From contig DAIEHA010000002.1 of assembly GCA_027355945.1 (NCBI GenBank), positions 15,071 through 79,070 of the forward strand: a DNA stretch of 64,000 bases, given 5' to 3'. The notes under the pieces were generated by a model. The model was not told the origin of the DNA. It saw only the letters and a list, made by a program, of their open reading frames with translations, and did no database searches. Source of the DNA: Candidatus Parcubacteria bacterium. GTDB lineage: Bacteria; Patescibacteriota; Minisyncoccia; UBA6257; 2-01-FULL-56-20. Each line of letters starts with the position of its first letter. Positions within the stretch are counted from its first letter, which is position 1. Position numbers and translations under genes: made by a program. Shown piece by piece: positions 10,703 through 18,392 of this stretch.

Positions 10703-11575
10703 TTAAGAAGTTTCGCGAGCTGTTTCCGCGATTCGTTCTGCGGCAAGTACTTCGCGCGCGGTGAAGATGAACGCGGGCACTGCGACGAGTAGCATGAAAA
10801 AGGTGATAAGCACGTATCCTGCATCCACTGGAAGATTGCGATCGAGGCCGAGAAGCGTGATGATGCCAAACACGCCGAAGAGGATCCCTCCGAAGAACAG
10901 CGTGCGTCCGCCGGTCTTCGCACCGATCTGCTGGATGGCGCGCTCGCTCAGGCGGAACCATCGGAGTGATGCGCCAAAGAGGTATCCTATGACGACGAGT
11001 GCGATCATGGTCCCGATCCCGAAAACGAGCCCCGGCAGAAATCCAAGCCATGGGCTTCGCATCGCCGGCGCAGCGATGGTGTTCACGAAAAGCGAGAATC
11101 CGCCGAGACCGAACCCGGCGATGAAACCGTGGATCATCGTCCAGCGGATGGGGGGCACGCCCTTATCGCCGGATGGCGTTTCGTGATGGTGCGCTGAGAG
11201 CAATCCGCTGACCGATCTTCCCATCTCCGCTTCGCTCTTATGATGATGGCCGAGAAGATGCAAATGGATGTACCGATTCTTGCCGATGACGAAGAAGCCC
11301 GCAGCGGACATCGCGATGCCCACCACGAGATATACGATACCGTTAATATCCGGGTTGAGGAGGAACGGGGCGAGCGCAAGATAGGCGATCTCCGAGAGGA
11401 GCATCCGTTGTACCGTGAATGCGGCGGAAAAGAAAAGACCCGCCTTCATTCCCTCGCGTCCGCTTGCCCCCCCGACCGCATAGCTGAACGTGATCGGCCA
11501 TGTGTGCTCGTCCGGCAGCACGCCATGGAGGATGCCGAAGAAGAAGGAATAGATTACCGCAGTGAGGGGGGTCAT
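10703..11575 (-). CDS. Putative NicO/RcnA-like metal (Ni/Co) transporter with His-rich loop
   Basis: 290 aa polytopic protein with the loop HLHLLGHHHKSEAEMGRSVSGLLSAHHHE between TM bundles. N-terminal GILHGVLPDEH segment. Family assignment is inferred. Confidence 0.5.
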   Translation of the reverse strand: MTPLTAVIYSFFFGILHGVLPDEHTWPITFSYAVGGASGREGMKAGLFFSAAFTVQRMLLSEIAYLALAPFLLNPDINGIVYLVVGIAMSAAGFFVIGKNRYIHLHLLGHHHKSEAEMGRSVSGLLSAHHHETPSGDKGVPPIRWTMIHGFIAGFGLGGFSLFVNTIAAPAMRSPWLGFLPGLVFGIGTMIALVVIGYLFGASLRWFRLSERAIQQIGAKTGGRTLFFGGILFGVFGIITLLGLDRNLPVDAGYVLITFFMLLVAVPAFIFTAREVLAAERIAETARETS

Positions 11576-11802
11576 ATCGTATGTGTATCGGTGCGAAGGA
11601 AGGTGATGCGATTCTCTCGCCGACCTACGCGGGACATATGCTTATGGTAGTCTCGCAGAGTGCAAAGTCAAATAATCGTACTCATAAGGATACAAGGAAG
11701 GAACTTCGCCTTGATCGGCGCGCAACCTTTTAATCGCAATGCGCTCTGCGGATGATATCGCACGGCTCTTTTCCTTTGAAAACGATCACGATCTTTTATA
11801 TG

Positions 11803-11836
11803 AAAAAACGGCGATCGCGTTGTGAGCAAATCGCCG
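11803..11836 (-). terminator. Rho-independent terminator for the PDZ-protein gene
   Basis: Stem CGGCGA...TCGCCG with a T-run on the minus strand, immediately 3' of the stop at 11867. Confidence 0.4.
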
Positions 11837-11866
11837 CCGATGATGACGCATCTTCGAAAGATCCCG

Positions 11867-12262
11867 TTAGTCGACGGGGATCTCCAGGAAGTGCAGGCGC
11901 CTTCTCCGGAAGGAATATGCAATGGATCTGCCGCTCCTGTCGATGGTGATATTGGTCAGCGTGCCTTCCCGACCGCTTATCAGGTTTCTGAGCCGAGCAG
12001 CTTTCTGCTCCGAGGGCGCAATGATGGCGACCCCGTCCACTTCAAGGATCCTGTCCCCAGCTTCGATGATGCCCGCAGCCGGAGTGTTGGGCTGGACCTT
12101 GGTTACGAAGAGGCCGTATCCATGGTCAACCGGACGAATATCGATGAAGACACCGATGCCCATCTGATCGAGCAGGCCGACTTTCGCAGCAACGAGGATC
12201 AAGGGTATTGCGATGTACGCAAGTACGCATGCGCCAATGATATACGGAACTGCGCTGTTCAT
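11867..12262 (-). CDS. PDZ-domain membrane protein
   Basis: ORF 11867..12370. The internal start MNSAVPYII follows AAAGGGG. TM helix, then a PDZ-like GLFVTKVQPNTPAAGIIEAGDRILEVDGVAI segment. Confidence 0.6.
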   Translation of the reverse strand: MNSAVPYIIGACVLAYIAIPLILVAAKVGLLDQMGIGVFIDIRPVDHGYGLFVTKVQPNTPAAGIIEAGDRILEVDGVAIIAPSEQKAARLRNLISGREGTLTNITIDRSGRSIAYSFRRRRLHFLEIPVD

Positions 12263-12559
12263 GAGATCCCCTTTCTTTGGGTTGCGATTTTTCCGAGGCT
12301 TCGGGAAGCATAGCAATGTTTTTCTTGTTTGAAAAGCCGTCAATGTCGGCAAAATAGGCGTTCGTATCATATCCGCACCTTTATCCGCAGATGGCGATCC
12401 GCGCCCTCCTTCTCGGCGAACGAAGCGTCGGGCGCAACCATATCCTCGGCAGCACCGCTCGTCGCGACCGGACCGCTCGCGCCATAAGTACGGTCCATGA
12501 ATGGGAGGTTTTTACTCGCAGAGAATGCGGAAGATATAAAGGGATTGAGAGTGCGGTAT

Positions 12560-12583
12560 GCTCAAAACCCAACAAGGGGTGCC
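12560..12583. repeat. Direct repeat copy of the tRNA-His 3' end plus trailer (left copy)
   Basis: gctcaaaacccaacaaggggtgcc matches 24629..24653 gctcaaaatccaacaggggggtgcc (2 mismatches, 1 indel), same orientation. Confidence 0.6.
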
Positions 12584-12616
12584 CGGGTGGAGGAAGTCAG
12601 GACCTGTTTCAGAGAG
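12577..12616. repeat. Conserved intergenic motif, copy A (GGGTGCC-N3-GTGGAGGAAG-YCRGGAC-YTGTY)
   Basis: Aligns with copies at 13201..13240 and 14316..14354. All lie between consecutive minus-strand genes. Confidence 0.55.
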
Positions 12617-12617
12617 T

Positions 12618-13073
12618 TTAGCGCAATTGTTCCCAATATCCTTTTTCCCTAACCTTCGCTTCTATTTTCGCTTTCAGTACTGTGATATCCATAGAATCCG
12701 GAGACGGAGATGCCTCCTGTTCTGCGAGAGATGCCCGAAGAGAATCAATTTCTTTTTCAAGCGCTTCAAATTTATTACGCCGGGATGCGTCGCGATCCTC
12801 CCTCTCTTTACGAGACGCCAACCATTGATTGACTTCGAGATCCGTTTCAAGTGCTTTTTCGTGCGCGACATCAACTGGGGAGATTTTTCTCTCGAAGAGC
12901 TTTCCGGAGAGTGCTCTATCGAGAAATCCGCTGCCGTTCTTGAGATCGGCACGGAATTTGAATTCCTCATCGGATTCTTTGCGTGAACGCTGCATGCGGG
13001 CTTGCCAGGACTCCTCGCTTTCGTTGGTATGTTTCCAACTTTCCGATCCGCCCATAGGAAAATTTTGGGACAT
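12618..13073 (-). CDS. Hypothetical charged coiled-coil protein
   Basis: 151 aa, E/K/R-rich, no TM. Codon pattern consistent with coding. Confidence 0.45.
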   Translation of the reverse strand: MSQNFPMGGSESWKHTNESEESWQARMQRSRKESDEEFKFRADLKNGSGFLDRALSGKLFERKISPVDVAHEKALETDLEVNQWLASRKEREDRDASRRNKFEALEKEIDSLRASLAEQEASPSPDSMDITVLKAKIEAKVREKGYWEQLR

Positions 13074-13200
13074 AATAAAATCATATCATAAGGTCAAACT
13101 TCCTTTAGGGATATATCAAATCAGCCCCATAAAATTTATCCAAAAAATCGCTGGATCAGAGGGGTGTGCCCGAACCATCGGTTCAAATAAGAACCACTTT

Positions 13201-13240
13201 GGGTGCCTTAGTGGAGGAAGCCGGGACTTGTCTGATGAGT
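13201..13240. repeat. Conserved intergenic motif, copy B
   Basis: GGGTGCCTTAGTGGAGGAAGCCGGGACTTGTCTGATGAG; same orientation and core as copies A and C. Confidence 0.55.
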
Positions 13241-13273
13241 GGATGACGAAAAGGAGGACCTCAAGCAGGAGTT

Positions 13274-14194
13274 CTATGGGGTGATGCTAAACGGAGAGCT
13301 GAATGCGTTTGTAGCGCCATAGCCAACCACCACTTCATAGTTATTACCAGGGGGAACATTGGACGGCACTGTCCAGAGATAATTTCCTACATAGCTCCCC
13401 GTCGATGCCGGAGCATCGCTCACTATTCCGTATTGGTCGCCACTCGACGCATTTATGAGATTGATCGAAACAGTGGTCAGGCCGGAGGAGTTCCATGAGA
13501 TTCTTTCCTTTTCCCCCACCCTCCATAGCGACCCCTGGATCGGCGAGACTATCTGGATCGAGGCCTTTGATTGTGACGCATTCTTTGTGGAACCGGAGGG
13601 CGTTGTTACCGCAGGGAGGGTTGTCGAAGAAGAGGTGGCAATACTCGGTAGGATACCTCCCGAACTCGTTGTGTTTGTGGAAGATGTCGCGAGGGGATTC
13701 GCATATTCTTGAGCGATTTTTTGCTCTTGTTGCTGTGCGTATTGATTTTGTTGTCCAGTTACATAGAAACTTATCGCAAAATAAAGGGCGCACAGAACGA
13801 ATGTCGCTATGATTTTGAAGGCAACACTACTGCCGAGACGATCGGAAAAATCATCATGATTTTTCTCCGGTGGCAACGGATCGTCGCCGTATTGATTTGG
13901 GCCCGCTGTCCCAGACCGAAGGAGAAGGCCCAGAAGGAGATAGACATTGAAGACAGGGACGAGCATGGCGAGCACATACAAGCCTGATTTCCCGAGGTCG
14001 TGGAAGCGTCGGAAGGTTATAAAGATCGTAAAAATAAAAACGACGATATAAAAAAGGGATGCAACAAGCCCCGCTACAATAAAATTGGGAATAAGAACGG
14101 AAGAAATCAAATAAATACCGCCTGTAGCAACAACGGCCAATGCGACGCTCCAAATAAGGAAACGCAAACGGCCGATTCGACCTCCAATTTCCAT
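13274..14194 (-). CDS. DUF805-like membrane protein with Ser/Thr-rich linker and C-terminal extracytoplasmic beta-sandwich-like domain
   Basis: 306 aa. N-terminal RRFHDLGKSGLYVLAMLVP resembles the DUF805 (YhaH-like) family. Several TM helices, an S/T tract, and a C-terminal IQIVSPIQGSLWRVGE...YEVVVGYG domain. Confidence 0.55.
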   Translation of the reverse strand: MEIGGRIGRLRFLIWSVALAVVATGGIYLISSVLIPNFIVAGLVASLFYIVVFIFTIFITFRRFHDLGKSGLYVLAMLVPVFNVYLLLGLLLRSGTAGPNQYGDDPLPPEKNHDDFSDRLGSSVAFKIIATFVLCALYFAISFYVTGQQNQYAQQQEQKIAQEYANPLATSSTNTTSSGGILPSIATSSSTTLPAVTTPSGSTKNASQSKASIQIVSPIQGSLWRVGEKERISWNSSGLTTVSINLINASSGDQYGIVSDAPASTGSYVGNYLWTVPSNVPPGNNYEVVVGYGATNAFSSPFSITP

Positions 14195-14315
14195 GTTTTT
14201 ATTATAGCAAACGCCCTCGCCGAAAATTTTGCCCTACGCCGCATTTTTACTTATCGGTCCAAACTTGCATCAGGGTCCTCCCTGTAAGTCCCCTACAACC
14301 CATCGAATTTTGGGT

Positions 14316-14354
14316 GGGTGCCTTGATGAAGGAGGTCAGAACCTGTTCGGTGAG
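14316..14354. repeat. Conserved intergenic motif, copy C
   Basis: GGGTGCCTTGATGAAGGAGGTCAGAACCTGTTCGGTGAG. Confidence 0.5.
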
Positions 14355-14377
14355 ATAAATCCCTCTTTTGGAGAAAA

Positions 14378-14406
14378 TAAAATACCCGCCAAGCGGGTAT
14401 TTTATT
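14378..14406. terminator. Bidirectional rho-independent terminator
   Basis: AAAATACCCGC-CAA-GCGGGTATTTT perfect hairpin flanked by A and T runs, directly 3' of the stop of the minus gene at 14412. Confidence 0.55.
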
Positions 14407-14411
14407 GCTTA

Positions 14412-14753
14412 TTACTTTGTGCTCGTTGCTTGCGGGGCATTTTGATAATATCCTCGCATCATGCCGCCGGGCCCGTAATAATAGGTCGGGGCTCCCGCAG
14501 ACTGGGTGGGAGCCGCGTTTTGGCTCTGATAGTAATATCCACCCATCATCGGCATATAGCCGTAGGGATAAGGAGAGCCGCCATAATAGCCATTTTCCAT
14601 CATGCCGGGCCACATGCCATATCCGTAATAGCCAAGGGTAGTTTTGAACTCACCCACTTTGACGCCCATACAGAAGACCACGATCAAGATAAGAATGCCG
14701 AGGACCCAGCGAAGCAATTTATGATGACCGTCTTCGTGCGTATGTTCTTCCAT
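14412..14753 (-). CDS. Small Met/Tyr/Gly-rich membrane-anchored protein with His-rich N-terminus (possible metal-binding)
   Basis: ORF to 14873. The internal start MEEHTHEDGHHKLL precedes one TM, then a GYYGYGMWPGMMENGYYGG...MPMMGGYYY tail. Divergent from csoR. Confidence 0.5.
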   Translation of the reverse strand: MEEHTHEDGHHKLLRWVLGILILIVVFCMGVKVGEFKTTLGYYGYGMWPGMMENGYYGGSPYPYGYMPMMGGYYYQSQNAAPTQSAGAPTYYYGPGGMMRGYYQNAPQATSTK

Positions 14754-14810
14754 AGTAATTAATTTTTTGTTGGCGACCTTTATCCTAAGACGACAGTACA
14801 TTATGTATAA

Positions 14811-14825
14811 TACCCCTATAGGGTA
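14811..14825. promoter_or_regulatory. CsoR-type operator box 1 (TACCC-N5-GGGTA)
   Basis: Inverted repeat TACCCCTATAGGGTA overlapping a TATAAT hexamer (14806..14811). Resembles the B. subtilis CsoR box. Confidence 0.55.
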
Positions 14826-14843
14826 TACTGTCAAATACTCAAT

Positions 14844-14873
14844 TTGACACGCGATACCCAGTGGGGGTATCAT
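14844..14873 (+). promoter_or_regulatory. csoR promoter: TTGACA-N18-TATCAT with operator box 2 (14855..14869) in the spacer
   Basis: TTGACA at 14844..14849, TACCCAGTGGGGGTA inverted repeat, TATCAT at 14868..14873. Identical architecture to 21275..21304. Confidence 0.6.
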
Positions 14874-14879
14874 AAGGAT

Positions 14880-15149
14880 ATGGATAAGGTAATAAAGAAA
14901 AAAGCCTTACGAAGGCTTCAGATCGTAAAGGGGCAGATCAAAGGCCTCGAAAAAATGATCGACGATGAAAAGTATTGCATCGACGTTATTACACAATCAT
15001 CCGCTATCAAGCAGGCTCTTTCTGGCGTTGAAGATCTTTTATTAGAGAACCATCTTGCTACACATGTGGCGATGCAAATGAAGAGCGGAGAAAGTAAGAA
15101 GGCGACCGCAGAGATGGTAAAAGTATATAAGCTATCAAAGCGAATATAA
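14880..15149 (+). CDS. csoR: CsoR/RcnR-family (DUF156) metal-sensing transcriptional repressor
   Basis: RLQIVKGQIKGLEKMIDDEKYCIDVITQSSAIKQALSGVEDLLLENHLATHV matches the CsoR-family core with conserved Cys and His ligands. ORF track start is 14844; 14880 chosen (near-leaderless from the TATCAT -10). Confidence 0.8.
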   Translation: MDKVIKKKALRRLQIVKGQIKGLEKMIDDEKYCIDVITQSSAIKQALSGVEDLLLENHLATHVAMQMKSGESKKATAEMVKVYKLSKRI

Positions 15150-15150
15150 T

Positions 15151-15564
15151 ATGAGATCAGTGCTTGCGATCGTGATTATGGTGGCTGCGATCTTCGCTCT
15201 CGTGGCGGGTAGTTTCGCCATGGTCAATATGGGATCCGGCAGTCATACAAACTGTCTTGCGGCGATTCCCGGGAGTCCAAAATGTCTTGGAAGGATGGAT
15301 CTGTTTCAATTCGCAATAACGCATATTAGTACACTCCTCGGCATATCGCTCGGGATCGTCAGTCCAATAACAGCTTTTCTCTTGGCTGCGTTCGCAGTGC
15401 TCGTATGGATCGCAGTTTCTAATTCGTTCAACTTACTGTTGGGTTCCTTGGGCTATTCAAGGGTTTTTATTGAGGCAGAAATAGGTAGCGCTCGTAAGCA
15501 ACACCACTGGATCTCCCTTCTTGAGAAACGCGATCCGTCTTCGTCTTGCGCTATGAACGTCTAA
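15151..15564 (+). CDS. Hypothetical membrane protein co-transcribed with csoR
   Basis: Starts 1 nt after the csoR stop. 137 aa, three TM helices, a Cys pair (HTNCLAAIPGSPKC), and C-terminal SSSCAMNV. Confidence 0.5.
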   Translation: MRSVLAIVIMVAAIFALVAGSFAMVNMGSGSHTNCLAAIPGSPKCLGRMDLFQFAITHISTLLGISLGIVSPITAFLLAAFAVLVWIAVSNSFNLLLGSLGYSRVFIEAEIGSARKQHHWISLLEKRDPSSSCAMNV

Positions 15565-15599
15565 GCGAATCAATCTCGCCGCGTCGTTTATAGCGCCCC

Positions 15600-15622
15600 A
15601 AACCGCATCCCTGCGGTTTTTT
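15600..15622 (+). terminator. Rho-independent terminator
   Basis: AACCGCA-TCCC-TGCGGTT followed by TTTTT. Confidence 0.55.
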
Positions 15623-15822
15623 CGTTGCACATAAATTCATCGGTCTATTGCCATGCATAAAAGCAAAAAGGTCGTTATCAGTAAAACAGAGCCATTCTTC
15701 ATCATCCTGACACTTGTCGGTGCGTTCGCGTTGTTTACATAGCAAACGTTGCGGATGGCGCAATATCACATGAGTGCGCCCCCTCTCCAGTAAAGCACTA
15801 CCACTATAATCTCCCAATCCAA

Positions 15823-16314
15823 ATGAATAGAAAACCAACGTTAGAAGAGTTCCTTAAAAAAATTGAATCAACAAAAGAAAAGGCGGGCGTTGATCTGTCG
15901 ACGGCTGAAGATCTGAGCATCGCAGTCATGAACCTCATAAGCCTCGAAGAGCATTTTTTCTTCACGGGAATAAAAACGAAAAAAGATGAGTACTTCGACA
16001 CAGTGCAAGAGATCCGGGAGTTGCGTAAACAATTTCTCACGCAATTAATGCCTAAGCACGAAGGGGAAACGTGGTGCATCTCAAAACATCTTCTTTCCGC
16101 CACGATGCGCCTTATTGAAGTGGGCAATAAGTTGCAATCGGAAGGCATAAAAGAAAAAGCGAAGCAAACATTTGAAGGAGCCTATAAGGTCTACTCGATC
16201 TTTTGGGCCCTCAAATTGGATCTCGTTAATGGCAGCGAGATTAAGGAAGCGGCAAGGGGCGGCTCCGACTTAGAAACAATTATCGCTAAGATGGCCGATT
16301 GCTGCAATGAATAG
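15823..16314 (+). CDS. Hypothetical cytoplasmic protein ending in DCCNE
   Basis: 163 aa, helical and charged, no TM. C-terminal vicinal cysteines. Confidence 0.45.
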   Translation: MNRKPTLEEFLKKIESTKEKAGVDLSTAEDLSIAVMNLISLEEHFFFTGIKTKKDEYFDTVQEIRELRKQFLTQLMPKHEGETWCISKHLLSATMRLIEVGNKLQSEGIKEKAKQTFEGAYKVYSIFWALKLDLVNGSEIKEAARGGSDLETIIAKMADCCNE

Positions 16315-16331
16315 TAACAACGATAAATAAA

Positions 16332-17297
16332 ATGGAACACGAAACACATCATCACGAACAAGAAACAGAGTTAATGGAAGAGCTTCTTCCGGAGACGGTG
16401 GTAAAAAGCCATAAAAAAGACTTGTTCTTACCACTCAGTATTCTTGCAGTAGCACTGCTTATCGCTTCAGCATTCGTCTATCTTGGCAATCAGAGAACGG
16501 CATCGGGGCGCAGCACTCCTATACAAAATATCTCAGCCGCTACATTGCAGGAAAAGGTAATTCCGGCAAACGGCGTGATATTGCCGGTTCGCTGGGGCGA
16601 TCTCGGGAGGCAGCTTGTATCGGCGGGTGTCATTAATGAGCCGCAATTCCTCGCGCTCTATGCGCAGCGCGGGGGGTTATCGCCCGACATGAAGGCGCTT
16701 CTTGATAATGCAGATAATGGGAATCTCATTATTACATTGCAAAATTCCGGCACCATATTAAATCTTTTATGGGCGCTTGGCCTTGGGAACAATAATCCAA
16801 TCCTTACGAGCGGGCCCATGGAGAATCCTCAATACGGAGGCGCAAAGAACTTTGCTTCGACTGGCGGTTGGACGCTTTCAGTCGGCAATGCGATGAACCA
16901 TTATAGCGCTCATTCGTTCGTAACGCTTACCGCCGATCAGCAAGCACGTGTGGTGCGTGTCGCACAAAACATCTATCGCCCGTGCTGCGGAAACTCCACG
17001 TTATTCCCGGATTGCAATCATGGCATGGCGATGCTTGGACTCCTTGAGCTCATGGCATCGCAGGGCGTTTCGGAAGCGGACATGTACAAGGCCGCGCTCG
17101 CGGTGAATTCGTATTGGTTCCCTGATACCTATCTCACACTTGCAACCTACTTCCAAAGCCAGGGCGTCGATTGGAGTGCTGTCGACTCAAAGACGGTGCT
17201 TGGTGCTGGATATTCAAGTGCTCAAGGATACCAGCAGATAGTAAATAAAATAACTCCAGTGCAGGCGCAATCGTCGGGCGGCTGCGGGGTGCAATAA
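16332..17297 (+). CDS. Membrane-anchored extracytoplasmic protein with His-rich N-terminus and C-terminal SGGCGVQ tail
   Basis: 321 aa. MEHETHHHEQETE N-terminus, single TM, Cys-rich PCCGNSTLFPDCNHG motif. The C-terminal tail is shared with the next ORF. Confidence 0.55.
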   Translation: MEHETHHHEQETELMEELLPETVVKSHKKDLFLPLSILAVALLIASAFVYLGNQRTASGRSTPIQNISAATLQEKVIPANGVILPVRWGDLGRQLVSAGVINEPQFLALYAQRGGLSPDMKALLDNADNGNLIITLQNSGTILNLLWALGLGNNNPILTSGPMENPQYGGAKNFASTGGWTLSVGNAMNHYSAHSFVTLTADQQARVVRVAQNIYRPCCGNSTLFPDCNHGMAMLGLLELMASQGVSEADMYKAALAVNSYWFPDTYLTLATYFQSQGVDWSAVDSKTVLGAGYSSAQGYQQIVNKITPVQAQSSGGCGVQ

Positions 17298-17313
17298 CCA
17301 AAATTGAAATCTT

Positions 17314-17505
17314 ATGAAATCAACGAATGACAATTTCTGGTTATTCATAAGCATCGGATTGTTTGTAATCATCGTCGGAACTGCGGGAGCTTATGCATTT
17401 CGGTCATTCAGTACGAATGCCGTATCACAAGAGAACGCCACTGTCGTTGCGCCATCACAAACCCAAACACCTTCATCCGGCCAAAGCGGCGGATGTGGGG
17501 TCTAA
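17314..17505 (+). CDS. Small membrane-anchored peptide ending in SGGCGV
   Basis: 63 aa with one TM (FWLFISIGLFVIIVGTAGAYAF). Its C-terminus QSGGCGV parallels the upstream protein's SSGGCGVQ although encoded by different codons. Confidence 0.45.
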   Translation: MKSTNDNFWLFISIGLFVIIVGTAGAYAFRSFSTNAVSQENATVVAPSQTQTPSSGQSGGCGV

Positions 17506-17510
17506 TCGCT

Positions 17511-18374
17511 ATGGAAACAATAATCAGTACATCACTCATTGCGGCATTTATCGCAGGCATCGCGGCCTTGTTCGCGCCATGCTGCGTTACGGTGCTTCTG
17601 CCCGCATACTTCGGTTCGATCTTTCGCACGAGGCGGAAGGTGTTCCTCATGACATTCATTTTCTTCCTCGGCATCTTGACCGTATTCCTTCCGTTAGGAC
17701 TCGGTTTCTCGATGCTTGGACAGGTGTTCAGTCGTTATCATCGCGAGATCTTCACGGTCATTGGTATGGTACTTTTCGCTTTGGGAATCTCACTTCTCTT
17801 AGGAAAGAGGCTCCCTATGCCGAAATCAATGCGCCTCAAACCGGAACTCACTGGAAATGAGAACGCTGGATCAGTGTATCTTCTTGGCATCTTCTCCGGC
17901 ATCGCAACCACTTGTTGTGCGCCGGTACTCGCGGGAGCGCTCGCGCTTTCGGTGTTGCCGGGTTCGTTCATCTGGGGAATTATCTACACACTCGCCTACG
18001 TGCTCGGCATGGTGACCCCACTCTTTGTCCTTGCGGCAGCACTTGACCGGACCAAGATGTCCGAACGTCTCCTTGGCGTGCGGAAGCCGTTGGAATTCAC
18101 GCTATTCGGAAAGGCCATTCGCATGAGGATCTCCGACCTCCTTGCGGGACTGACTTTCTCGATCATGGGAGCACTCACGCTCTACTGGGCATCGATGAAT
18201 CAGGTTGCCGTGCATTCGATGTTGCAAGTGAATATCAACATCTATCTCACGCAGCTGAATAATTTCCTTACCCCCTATATCGGGTGGGTGCCGCAATACG
18301 CGTGGGCGGTCATGTTCGTCGGACTCCTCGTAGCGCTCGTGGTGCTTGCTCTCAAGCAATTCAAAAAGGACTGA
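17511..18374 (+). CDS. CcdA/DsbD-superfamily thiol-disulfide transporter-like membrane protein with vicinal Cys pairs
   Basis: FIAGIAALFAPCCVTVLLPAYF parallels the CcdA TM1 motif (SPC-x3-LLP-x-Y). GIATTCCAPVLAGAL parallels the TM4 motif. Both carry CC instead of a single Cys, as in MerT TM1. ORF track start is 17493. Confidence 0.7.
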   Translation: METIISTSLIAAFIAGIAALFAPCCVTVLLPAYFGSIFRTRRKVFLMTFIFFLGILTVFLPLGLGFSMLGQVFSRYHREIFTVIGMVLFALGISLLLGKRLPMPKSMRLKPELTGNENAGSVYLLGIFSGIATTCCAPVLAGALALSVLPGSFIWGIIYTLAYVLGMVTPLFVLAAALDRTKMSERLLGVRKPLEFTLFGKAIRMRISDLLAGLTFSIMGALTLYWASMNQVAVHSMLQVNINIYLTQLNNFLTPYIGWVPQYAWAVMFVGLLVALVVLALKQFKKD

Positions 18375-18392
18375 TTAAAAAAACATAAAACC

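Noticed and set aside
12540-12640. Motif copies A, B and C as tRNA genes or tRNA pseudogenes
   Set aside because: No T arm (no GTTCRANYC) or D arm can be folded on either strand. Only the 7 nt GGGTGCC matches the tRNA-His acceptor end.
13220-13250. Hammerhead-like CUGAUGA ... GAAA in motif copy B
   Set aside because: The sequence between the two boxes cannot form stem II. Copies A and C lack the boxes. It is a coincidental match.
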